Assembly: GCF_001194135.2 (NCBI RefSeq)
Contig: NC_069006.1
Coordinates: 18,270,349 to 18,305,215, forward strand
DNA from: Octopus bimaculoides
Taxonomy: Eukaryota
Direction of reading: 5' to 3'
DNA: 34,867 bases
The position numbers and the translations under genes were made by a program. The stretch's first letter is position 1. Each line of letters opens with the position of its first letter. Positions 21,864 through 32,399 of this stretch are shown here, piece after piece. The notes under the pieces were generated by a model, which was given only the letters and a program-made list of their open reading frames with translations, had not been told where the DNA came from and searched no databases.

Positions 21864-22477
21864 CCCGACGGAAGAACCCTCTTCCCATATGAGGTAAGCA
21901 AGTCCCTAATCTGCGACGCGACATCTTCTCCGGTACCAATCTTTCTGCATCCTCCACAAACCCGGGTTATCGCCGCCCGTGATGCAGAGGAGAGGAAGAT
22001 AAACAAATGCAGGAGCCTAACCGGCTGCTACCCGTTTGCTCCGGTCGCTGTCGAAACTTTGGGTATTATGGGAACCCGCACTGCTGATTTCTTCCGCAAA
22101 ATCGGTATAACTGAGAAACTGAACCTCACGCTGGCCATTCTACATGGCAACGCTTTTGCAACCATACCCGCGAGGAGGGCTCAACACACCATTAGTTCTG
22201 GGGTGTACAGTGAGTTACTCTCCCCATCCCCATCTTCTGTAGCTTAACCCCCCACCATTTTTCTTTTGTCTTTGTTTCTTTCGTGAGGTACTTCTGTTTT
22301 TTTTCCTCTCTCGATAATTTGATCTTTTATACTTTTTAATGTTTTGTTTTTGTTTTTTTTTGTCTTTCTCTTCTTTCTGTAAAAATATGCTGCAAAATAT
22401 CCTTCCGCTTTAATTTTATCAAAAACAAATAAAATAAAATAAAATGAAATAAAGAAAGAAAGAAGTAAAAAACAAAC
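21864..22477 (+). mobile_element. 3' end of a CRE-clade RLE non-LTR retrotransposon with U-rich 3'UTR and A-rich tail
   Basis: Stop-free frame 21837-22247: PDGRTLFPYEVSKSLICDAT...AARDAEERKINKCRSLTGCYPFAPVAVETLGIMG..ADFFRKIG...LTLAILHGNA. Matches the CRE-type RLE pattern RPDG.T..P...GK.L.WD.T...AE..K..KY......F.P.A.ET.G....L...I..GNA. A-rich tract with AATAAA at about 22421-22477. Confidence 0.85.
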
Positions 22478-22624
22478 CTATTTTTAACGCACCATATGCA
22501 AATTAATCAAGTTTAAAAGCAAGGTCTGTTTATTCAATACAGGATACAATATATTGCATGGTATTGCACAGTATTACCGGATTTCTGGATGCCAGATAAG
22601 AGTTCCGGTTCTGTCGTCGTCGTG

Positions 22625-22677
<53 letters not shown>

Positions 22678-22865
22678 TGATTAAACCCAAGTCAACCGTA
22701 TTCGAGCAGGATCTATAAAATTGTTTGAAAAGTGACTAGATTATCTCCCCCTACCTTGACCAGAGAAAGTGTCATTCAAATTGCTTTTTGGGATTTAATC
22801 CCACTGCTAACACAGGTGAAGCACTGTATTGACTTGTAAACCTTTAATATGCTTTGCAGTATATT

Positions 22866-23153
22866 ATGGCCTAGTGGTTAGGGTGTTGCACTCACGTTCG
22901 CGAGATCGTGGTTTCAATTCGTAGACCAGATGGTACGTTATGTTCCTGAGCAAAACACTTCATTTCACGTTGCCCTGCGATCACTTCGACATATGACTTG
23001 TGGTATACATGTGTACCTGTTCAAAGAACGTCAATGTGATGGAGATTGTGTGCTAATGTGCAGCTCATATATTTGATCACTATAAACAAATCATTTGAGC
23101 AGGTCGTTCGGCAAAAGCTGAACGCTCATACGTCGTCTTTGACGAGAGAGTCC
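22866..23153 (+). mobile_element. tRNA-derived SINE 'F', full length, with a strong A box
   Basis: TGGCCTAGTGG (22867-22877) fits the Pol III A box; GGTTTCAATTC is a degenerate B box. Paralog at 683-925. Confidence 0.85.
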
Positions 23154-23494
23154 TTCATATCATGGTCGCATAATGAAATCCTGCGTAAATTGCCAGCAAT
23201 TAATATCTACGTACCAGTTGCCAGGTATGTATCTATCCTATGGTGTTACACCGCTAAATTTAGTTGCTATTCAAGCAATGTGTTCGTGGATAGTCAATGG
23301 GTTGGATGTACTCGTGAAATATGCATATACTTCCAGTACTTATTTTCCTATCTTCGCTTGTATTGTTTACATAAACGTATTCATATACGAAATGTAACTT
23401 TCAGAGCTAGCTCTAGTTTTAATAGGAAACCTGTAGAGATACCTTTTAAAAAGTAATTGAATAGAACAGCTAACACAAGTGAGGAACAGTATTG

Positions 23495-23851
23495 GGTGCC
23501 GGTGTAGTATGTGATCTACATACATGTCTCTGGTATAGTTTGTGATCTACACCGACATTTTGATTTACATTTAAAATTCATCTATTTACTCGACTTCCAA
23601 TTGGTTTGGTATATAAGCCACCCCCCCAAAACGCTTTTAATCCTGAGCCCAATGACAGAAGTCGTGATGAGAGCAAAATAATTTTACACACAGGTCATTC
23701 AAGATGAAGAAGATGCAATAAAACTTCTCCGACGCTATGAACTTCTTGTTTAATTCACTCCTCTAATTGCAAATTTATTACAAAATTTTGAATGTATATC
23801 ACAAGTCAGTCTTGATTTAAGTTACTGTAGATCACATACTACACCGGCACC
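23495..23851 (+). mobile_element. Merlin-type non-autonomous DNA transposon (357 bp), perfect 26-bp TIRs, 8-bp TSD CAGTATTG
   Basis: GGTGCCGGTGTAGTATGTGATCTACA (23495-23520) has its exact reverse complement at 23826-23851. CAGTATTG lies at 23487-23494 and 23852-23859. The terminus GGTGC fits Merlin GGNRM. Internal remnant ..VIQDEEDAIKLLRRYELL resembles Merlin transposase N-termini. Confidence 0.85.
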
Positions 23852-24182
23852 CAGTATTGATGTAGATAAGCCTTTAATATACATAGTTATGTATTGTGGT
23901 TGCGTAACGATATATGGTGACCCTACCAGCATTTGATATGCAATCTAAATTGTTACCTTCAATTTTCTGAAGTTAGTTAGTGTTTCCTGAGGAGCGACAT
24001 TTAACTGCAGATGTTTCTAGAAGATAGACTGACTGCAACTTCTATAGAACGGTTGCTGCAGTCTACCTCCACCACCACCACCACCACCACCACCACCACG
24101 AGCGTTACTTATACAACCGTCAACACCACTACAAGTGCTGCCTCTCCACTACCACTACTACGGCTATCATACCACCACCACC

Positions 24183-24245
<63 letters not shown>

Positions 24246-25372
24246 GCTGCTGCAGCTGCTGCGGTCGTTAAAAGTCCTGCAATAAAACTGCCAGCAAACA
24301 GAAAAATCTTGTGACCTTTTTCTCACGAGGCCGGGTCACCTGCCGTGCCTGGAACCACCGACTCCACCTTGGCAGCTAGTTCAACATTACTATCGACCTT
24401 AGCCAATTGAGTGAGAGTCGACCAACGAAATAAATCCCACGTGAGCTAAAAAATCTTACGAAAATAACAAAACAAAAGGCGATAATCCAACAAAGATCAG
24501 CGAAATGGAAAGGAAAGGAAGAAAGTAAGAAAAAAGTCGGACATTTTGAGTGAATTCCGTTCGTAAGTTTACTCATAACTGTTTGAAGTGTATTTAACCT
24601 TGTTTGATTTCGAACACTTGAGTACATTTTTATCGTCACCTCTAAGCTACCTACTCAAAGTAACAATGTCTACAGTATGTCCAGTCACTGTTAGAGTTCT
24701 AAGATAAAGAATAAGACGTTAAATCTTTTAAAAGAAGCACACTGAAAAAGCGGGAATACAAATAAACCAGACGATATTTCTTCGTGAAAAACCAACAGAC
24801 AGAAATGAGCGGCGAGAGAGAGAGAGAGGGAGAGAGAAATAGAGATAGGAGCGAGGGAAGGAGAGGTGAGGAAAGAGGGGAAGGGGGAGTAGACAGAGTT
24901 AAAGAAGAGCTTCCACGAGTCTTGGCACACAAACAAGGTTTTGTTGGAGTTTGTTTGACATGAAAGTAAATACCTGGGTGAAAAGTATAAACACACTCAG
25001 ACAGACCAACAAACAGACACACACACACACACACACAGGGGTGCGCACATACAAAACCACACACACGCACACACACAAATGCGCATATATTATAAACATA
25101 AGCACACACATACATGCACAATGACGAATGACCAATCACAGATAAGGAAAGCAAGAGTCTACAAACACACATTCATAAGCGTAGACACATACACATTCGC
25201 TGGACAGGAACACAGCTATTAAACTAAACACACTCATACACATACATAAAGCCACACAGACATGCATTTACGCTCACACGCACACACACACACGTGTACC
25301 AGAAAGACTGGTAATGTTAGGTGTAGGGACAGAAGCACTGATTCTAGGATGTAGACGCACACACATATACCC

Positions 25373-25933
25373 AGGCGTAGCTGTGTGGTGAGATGTTTGC
25401 TTCTAAACCACATGGTTCCGGGTTCAGCCCCACTGCGTGAAACCTTGGGCAAGTGTCTTCTATGGCCTCGGGACGAAGAAAGCATTGTGAGTGGATCTGG
25501 TGGACAGAAACTGAAAGAAAACCTTCGTGTATATACATACAAACACATACATACATACGTGTGTGTATACACACACACATAACAGTTTTTTGTGATACTT
25601 TTCCAGCGTTAATAAAAGCGCATATTACTCTACCTTCCGTATTCGAGTACTGTTTTTTCCCACCTTGTTTTGCATTTGTGTGCTTACTCGTGTACACCAC
25701 ACACACACACAAATATAGATATACATATATGTGTGTGTGTCTTTGCGTCTGTTTGTCCCCTACCACTGTTTAACAACCGGTGTTGGTGTTTATGTCCCCG
25801 TAACCTAGCGATTCGACAAAAGTGACCGATAGAATAAGTACCAGACTTATAAAGTTAAGTCCTGGGGTCGATTTGCTCGACTAAAGGCGCTGCTCTAGCA
25901 TGGCTGCAGTCATAACTGAAACAAGTAACAAAG

Positions 25934-25937
<4 letters not shown>
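25373..25937 (+). mobile_element. SINE 'B', full length, expanded central region, followed by (TA)n
   Basis: Head ggcgtagctgtgtggt...ggttccgggttcagccccactgcg..accttgggcaagtgtcttct; tail gcatggctgcagtc..actgaaacaagtaa. Confidence 0.9.
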
Positions 25938-25987
<50 letters not shown>

Positions 25988-26139
25988 GAGACACGGAGTA
26001 GATGGAACAGGGACAACTGAAGAAGGGAAATATCCTTTATTTTGCATGTCTCGTTTCTCTGTTTGTTTTTTCCGTTGTTCGAAAAAAAGATTATTTTCTG
26101 TCTTCGTCTTTATGCTTTCGTTTCTCATGTATGTACACA

Positions 26140-26297
26140 TGAGCTTCTTTCCGTTTCCGTATTCAAAAATCTACTCACAAGGCTTTCGTTGGCCCAAGTC
26201 TATAGTAGAAGACACTTGCCCCCAGGTGCCGCGCAGTGGAACTGGACCCGGAACCATGTGGTTGGGAAGCAACCTTCTTAACTACGTGGCCATGTCT
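26140..26297 (-). mobile_element. SINE 'B' 5' half
   Basis: Reverse complement of the B head and middle. Confidence 0.85.
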
Positions 26298-27699
26298 GAG
26301 CTTACGCAGGCATGTTTTCTTTTATTTTTACATTAATCATTGCTTTATTCATATTTTCATTTTAATTCTCCATTTTATAGTTTCCAAACAATTTACGATT
26401 GGCGAACATCTAATCTGTTTCGTAATTGAAATTATGTGCCTGCTTTGCATGAAACTGTAGACTTCGGAGCCTCCAGCATACTTTGCCGCTATATCGCACC
26501 GCCACCGCTCCAGCTATCACTACCTCGCATACAAATAACAGTAACAAAGACAAAACAATAATACTATATGTGTGTATGTGTGTGTGTATCTATATATGTA
26601 TGCATATATTTATAAATATATGTATGTGTGTGAGTGTGTTATACACAGACATACACATATAAATCTTCATGTATTTTTATATCTGAGTGTAAGTATATAA
26701 TGTATATATNNNNNNNNNNNNNNNNNNNNNNNNNNNNNNNNNNNNNNNNNNNNNNNNNNNNNNNNNNNNNNNNNNNNNNNNNNNNNNNNNNNNNNNNNNN
26801 NNNNNNNNNNNNNNNNNNNNNNNNNNNNNNNNNNNNNNNNNNNNNNNNNNNNNNNNNNNNNNNNNNNNNNNNNNNNNNNNNNNNNNNNNNNNNNNNNNNN
26901 NNNNNNNNNNNNNNNNNNNNNNNNNNNNNNNNNNNNNNNNNNNNNNNNNNNNNNNNNNNNNNNNNNNNNNNNNNNNNNNNNNNNNNNNNNNNNNNNNNNN
27001 NNNNNNNNNNNNNNNNNNNNNNNNNNNNNNNNNNNNNNNNNNNNNNNNNNNNNNNNNNNNNNNNNNNNNNNNNNNNNNNNNNNNNNNNNNNNNNNNNNNN
27101 NNNNNNNNNNNNNNNNNNNNNNNNNNNNNNNNNNNNNNNNNNNNNNNNNNNNNNNNNNNNNNNNNNNNNNNNNNNNNNNNNNNNNNNNNNNNNNNNNNNN
27201 NNNNNNNNNNNNNNNNNNNNNNNNNNNNNNNNNNNNNNNNNNNNNNNNNNNNNNNNNNNNNNNNNNNNNNNNNNNNNNNNNNNNNNNNNNNNNNNNNNNN
27301 NNNNNNNNNNNNNNNNNNNNNNNNNNNNNNNNNNNNNNNNNNNNNNNNNNNNNNNNNNNNNNNNNNNNNNNNNNNNNNNNNNNNNNNNNNNNNNNNNNNN
27401 NNNNNNNNNNNNNNNNNNNNNNNNNNNNNNNNNNNNNNNNNNNNNNNNNNNNNNNNNNNNNNNNNNNNNNNNNNNNNNNNNNNNNNNNNNNNNNNNNNNN
27501 NNNNNNNNNNNNNNNNNNNNNNNNNNNNNNNNNNNNNNNNNNNNNNNNNNNNNNNNNNNNNNNNNNNNNNNNNNNNNNNNNNNNNNNNNNNNNNNNNNNN
27601 NNNNNNNNNNNNNNNNNNNNNNNNNNNNNNNNNNNNNNNNNNNNNNNAAACACATTATAAACCACGATTAAAACATATCTGAAACATGACAGGAGGTGC

Positions 27700-28330
27700 A
27701 GGAGCCGGTTGTTAAATTCAGATATATCGTCTTCCCAGAAATCTCATCAATAAACGGTTTATGTGATAAATATTAGGATAAAGCATATGAGAAATATAAT
27801 GCAGCTAATGTACGGAGGAGAAGAGGAGAGAGAAGAAAATGCTTGTTAAATTCCTCTTCTGCCACAATATCTCATCAATAAATATCTTATGCGAATAATG
27901 TGATAAACCATATGTGAAATATAATACAACGAACGCTGGTATATGATGATGATAAATTCAATTTTAAATAGTCTTGTAATCCCAAACAACAGACATTGAT
28001 AAACATGACCATTCACGTGAACAATACGATAAAATAAATGTTGTGAAGAGGCCGCTTCGATAAATTTCTCTTGTAATATCTGCTTTTTCCCACGTCGTTA
28101 TCGCAAACATGCGATACGAAACGATAAATTTTATGTTCAACGAAGATGGCTGGTAAATTGAACTGCAACTAAGTACCATATGTGAAATACGATATTGCTA
28201 ATAACATTTAAGGAGATTGTTTGATAAATTCGCCTTTATTATTACTTTCTGTGATATCATCAATAAAGATCCATGTGATAAACGCAATATATTGATGTTT
28301 AACGAGAAGCTTTATAAATGCAGCGCAAAA
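27700..28330. repeat. Highly decayed tandem repeat (about 100-135-bp units) rich in GATAAA
   Basis: Recurrent motifs: gttaaattc (27711, 27845), atctcatcaataaa or atatcatcaataaa (about 27741, 27869, 28254), catatg(a/t)gaaata (27784, 27909, 28177); 10 GATAAA. Confidence 0.6.
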
Positions 28331-28437
28331 ATTTTTGTTATTTTTTTGCTTTCCTTTCTTATACGATACGTCGTCAAGGGAACAGCTATATGATACTCCA
28401 ATGTTTTGTACGATTTCAAAATTAAATATATATAAAT

Positions 28438-28603
28438 AGGTGCAGGTGTGGCAGTGTGGTAAGAAATTTGCTTCCCAACCATATGGTTCCGTGTTCAGTC
28501 CCACAGCGTGACACCTAGGGCAAATGTCTTCTTCTAGAGGCCTTGCACCGTCCATAGCCGTCGAAGTAGATTTGGTAGACAGAAACAGAAAGAAGCTGTC
28601 TTA
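28438..28603 (+). mobile_element. SINE 'B' 5' half ending in (TA)n
   Basis: Matches the B head. Confidence 0.85.
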
Positions 28604-28624
28604 TATATATATATATATTTTACC

Positions 28625-28828
28625 TTTTCTTTTCTTTCACTTGTTTCATTCATTTGACTGCGGCGAAGCTGGAGCACCACATTTACTCGAACAAATCGCC
28701 CCCAGGACTCATTCTCTGTAAGCCTGTCTGTCTTGCCGAACCGCTAAGGTACGGGAACGTAAACACACCAACATCGATTGTCAAGCGATGGTGGGGGAAC
28801 AAACACAGGCACACAAATATATATATAT
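28625..28828 (-). mobile_element. SINE 'B' 3' half, opposite orientation to the preceding copy
   Basis: Reverse complement of the B 3' body; its own central (TA)n runs into a gap. Confidence 0.85.
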
Positions 28829-29402
28829 NNNNNNNNNNNNNNNNNNNNNNNNNNNNNNNNNNNNNNNNNNNNNNNNNNNNNNNNNNNNNNNNNNNNNNNN
28901 NNNNNNNNNNNNNNNNNNNNNNNNNNNNNNNNNNNNNNNNNNNNNNNNNNNNNNNNNNNNNNNNNNNNNNNNNNNNNNNNNNNNNNNNNNNNNNNNNNNN
29001 NNNNNNNNNNNNNNNNNNNNNNNNNNNNNNNNNNNNNNNNNNNNNNNNNNNNNNNNNNNNNNNNNNNNNNNNNNNNNNNNNNNNNNNNNNNNNNNNNNNN
29101 NNNNNNNNNNNNNNNNNNNNNNNNNNNNNNNNNNNNNNNNNNNNNNNNNNNNNNNNNNNNNNNNNNNNNNNNNNNNNNNNNNNNNNNNNNNNNNNNNNNN
29201 NNNNNNNNNNNNNNNNNNNNNNNNNNNNNNNNNNNNNNNNNNNNNNNNNNNNNNNNNNNNNNNNNNNNNNNNNNNNNNNNNNNNNNNNNNNNNNNNNNNN
29301 NNNNNNNNNNNNNNNNNNNNNNNNNNNNNNNNNNNNNNNNNNNNNNNNNNNNNNNNNNNNNNNNNNNNNNNNNNNNNNNNNNNNNNNNNNNNNNNNNNNN
29401 NN

Positions 29403-30226
29403 GTCTTTGCAGAATTTCTGCACTTTCTTCGCCGTATGATCAGGAGAACCATCTTGGGTCCACACAAAGAAAACCTTATACCGCAGGACTTTATAATAAA
29501 CTTCAGCCCCCAGACTTGAAAAAATGGAGAGGCATCTTTTTATCGTCAGACGTCCAACTCCCAGTATCATGACTTGAGCTGGGGGCTTGATCCTAAAGAC
29601 GCCTTTTACTTCAAAAGGTGACTTAGCAACGCGACGTTTTAAAACAGCATCAACAGTAAAGGTATTTCCAACTGAAAAGATTTTGACGGTTTGTCCATTG
29701 TGCTTCAGGTATCGCACCACTTTTTTTGGCCCTTTCATGCCTTTTGGCTTTTATTGCATGAGTCAATAGGTGTCTCGCGGTCCTCACGTATGACCCCAAA
29801 TATAAATCAGTGTGTACAGCATTTCTGATGGTCTTTGGATCAACTGTCATGTCTATGGACAGTTTTCTCGTGGATGTTGTTGGGTCTTTCGAAATTTTGG
29901 CTTTGAGAAATTTAAGAAATGCATTATCCCGTTTTTTATTTATGTCTCCACTTCTTTGCTTTTTCTTGATGCCTCCAATATCTATCATTTGGTTCTTAAC
30001 GTTGTAGATAGTGCTCACAGAGGCCCCAACAATCTGAGCAATACGTCCAATTGCAACCCCGACACAAAGCAAATCTGCAATGTATTGTCTCTTGGCTTCT
30101 TAAGTGGACATGTTAGATCGTATGATTGGAACTTCTGCTTAAATTAACTCTACATAAATTAACTCTTTTGCTTAAATTAACTCCACCTTGAAATAGAAAA
30201 CAATATTTTAGTTACGCTCAGGGATA
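29403..30226 (-). mobile_element. maT/DD37D-like Tc1-mariner transposase pseudogene, 5' portion (rest in gap)
   Basis: ORF 30072-29650 (HTH: GRIAQIVGASVSTIYNVK..RSG..DPTTSTRKLSIDMTVDPKTIRNAV..L..Y.R..RHLLT..KAKRHERAKK). After a frameshift: VVRYLKHNGQTVKIFSVGNTFTVDAVL..PAQVMILGV..VYYKVLRYKV..WTQDGSPDHTAKKVQKFCK. The first catalytic D (FSDE) is mutated. Subfamily assignment is from motif resemblance only. Confidence 0.85.
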
Positions 30227-30256
30227 TATGAAAAATATATTAACTGTAGAACTAGA

Positions 30257-30480
30257 AATGTAGTCAACAGCATAAGGTGCATCGACGGTGCTTGTAAAGA
30301 CAAGAACATGACATACATTGGTGAGACATCTAGAAGCATGGCGGAGCGACTAAATGCACATTTGAGATATGACGACAAAAAAAAAAAAAAACAGTCCTCC
30401 ATAGTCTACCAACATAGAGGTATAATGAGTCGACTTGACATCTGCATTTTATCGAAGCACCCGAACAGAAGACGGAGCAA
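30257..30480 (+). mobile_element. GIY-YIG endonuclease fragment, Penelope-like element
   Basis: In-frame NVVNSIRCIDGACKDKNMTYIGETSRSMAERLNAHL matches the PLE pattern NVVY.I.C..C...YIGET.R....R..EH. Confidence 0.8.
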
Positions 30481-30590
30481 TCTTACCTTATCTTTATCTA
30501 TCTGCCTGAAAACATCTATCTGTTCATATATCTATATAGCTATCATTCTATCCATCTGTCAGCTCATCCATCTTGACATCTCTCTCTCTC

Positions 30591-30674
30591 ATTTGCTTAC
30601 CAACCACATTGTTCTAGGTTCAGTCCCACTGGACGGCACCTTGGGCAAGTGTCTTCTACTGAAAGCCCGTCGTG

Positions 30675-30709
<35 letters not shown>

Positions 30710-30910
30710 TTGTGTGTCCGTTTGTCCCCCAACATCGCTTGACAACCGATGCTGGTGTGTTTACGTCCCTGTAACTTAGCGGTTCGGCATAAGAGATCGA
30801 CAGAATAAGTATTAGGCTTACAAAGAATATGTCCTGGGGTCGATTTGCTCGACTAAAGGCGGTGCCTTAGCATGGCCGCAGTCAAATGACTGAAACAAGT
30901 AAAAGAATAA
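30591..30910 (+). mobile_element. SINE 'B', internally shortened, followed by (TA)n
   Basis: ggttcagtcccactg..ggcaccttgggcaagtgtcttctact...catcgcttgacaaccgatgctggtgtgtttacgtccc...gcatggccgcagtcaaatgactgaaacaagtaaaag. Confidence 0.9.
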
Positions 30911-30949
30911 TATATATATATATATATTACCTATGTATGTATATGCCCG

Positions 30950-31012
<63 letters not shown>

Positions 31013-31561
31013 GTCTGTCTGTCTGTCTGTCTCTCCCTCTAGCTATCTATTTATCTAAATACACACACAGACACGTACTCGTACATATTAATATGTACTT
31101 TGCATGTTATTTTAGCCTTGCAATCCACTAAACTTATAATAGCTAAAGTTTTTGAATTGCCTAGTTCTCATCTGCTGGATATTTATCTAACTAAAATATC
31201 GAGGCCGTTAAAAAATCCTTATTCACATGTAGCAGGCGCCCCTTCTTTCTCTTCTTGATGACGGCTGCCTATGTATTACTAAAGATGCTTGTATGTGAGT
31301 CTTGAGTGATTTGTGGTGAGGGTGGGGGAAGTGATTGTTCACACTCTTACGCTATTTAATACGCTGTCGCCAACTCAACACTTCCGACCCTTCCCTCATC
31401 CTTTCGTTACAATGTCAGACGTGTTAACCTTAACAAACTTTATACGTTCCTTTCTCAAAACATCCCCAGCGAAATGTCACGTTCGCTTTTACAACCGTAT
31501 TGTGTTTATTTGTTAGTTGGTTGCTTAGTTAATCTTTCATTCTTATTTATTTTTCTTTTCT

Positions 31562-31599
<38 letters not shown>

Positions 31600-31944
31600 A
31601 TTTTGTCTTTGTGTATGTATACACCCACAAATATATATACAAACACATTCACAATGACCTACGCATTTACACACACATACACACAATCAGTCCCTATCTG
31701 TAGATAAACTGAGAAATAATGTGTTTGTGCGTGTAGACTCGTAGACAAGACACTTGAATATAGACAAAAAGCGTACAAGCGCAGAAAACATTTATGGCTT
31801 TCATAATTGAAGCGAAAATGAGCCAAGGGTCATCACTCAAAGTGGCCAGTGGCATGGATATAAATTATAATAAAGAATAAAGTTATATCTAATACTACTA
31901 CTACTATAAATAGTGCACCCGTGTTTATGCATAAACCCCACTTT

Positions 31945-32160
31945 CACCCCATGTTTTCCTTTCCCTGCCACCTCTTGTTCACGTCCGAGGATTCCGCGGC
32001 CCTGCGTTCTTCATCAGTTGCAGCCTTCTCTTTCTTGTTCATAACTCAGAGGGTGTAAAACTCTGCTGTCGCTCATTCATTTCTCTCCTTTCAACTTCAC
32101 CCTGAAGAAAGACTCAATCCGAAACGTTAAATTTTGCACATCCCCACGGCAAGTTGACTG
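31945..32160 (+). mobile_element. Possible Penelope terminal-repeat remnant with a degenerate hammerhead-like core
   Basis: CTGAAGA (32102-32108), a 12-nt spacer, then GAAAC overlapping palindromic AACGTT (32121-32128). Stems I and II pair poorly. Confidence 0.35.
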
Positions 32161-32399
32161 TACACGTTATATATATATATGTGTGTGTGTGTATGTATGT
32201 GTGAGTGTATATGTAATATATAAATAAATGTNNNNNNNNNNNNNNNNNNNNNNNNNNNNNNNNNNNNNNNNNNNNNNNNNNNNNNNNNNNNNNNNNNNNN
32301 NNNNNNNNNNNNNNNNNNNNNNNNNNNNNNNNNNNNNNNNNNATATATATATATATATATATATATAAATATATATATATACACACACACACACTATAT

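Noticed and set aside
14105-22750. Partial matches to miRNA 5' ends (miR-9-like 14110, miR-71-like about 19156, miR-279-like about 22733)
   Set aside because: Only 9-10 nt match, with no mature-length identity and no evident hairpin.
6869-22925. tRNA genes at the A/B-box-containing heads (6872-6920, 22866-22921)
   Set aside because: No complete cloverleaf or acceptor stem; they continue into multi-copy SINE bodies.
31923-31936. 14-bp palindrome GTTTATGCATAAAC, and octamer ATGCAAAT at about 22495
   Set aside because: Short AT-rich motifs expected by chance in 35 kb; no supporting context.
18980-32017. Other CTGATGA hammerhead cores (about 18984 plus; 32017-32011 minus)
   Set aside because: No paired stem II, or no correctly placed GAAA.
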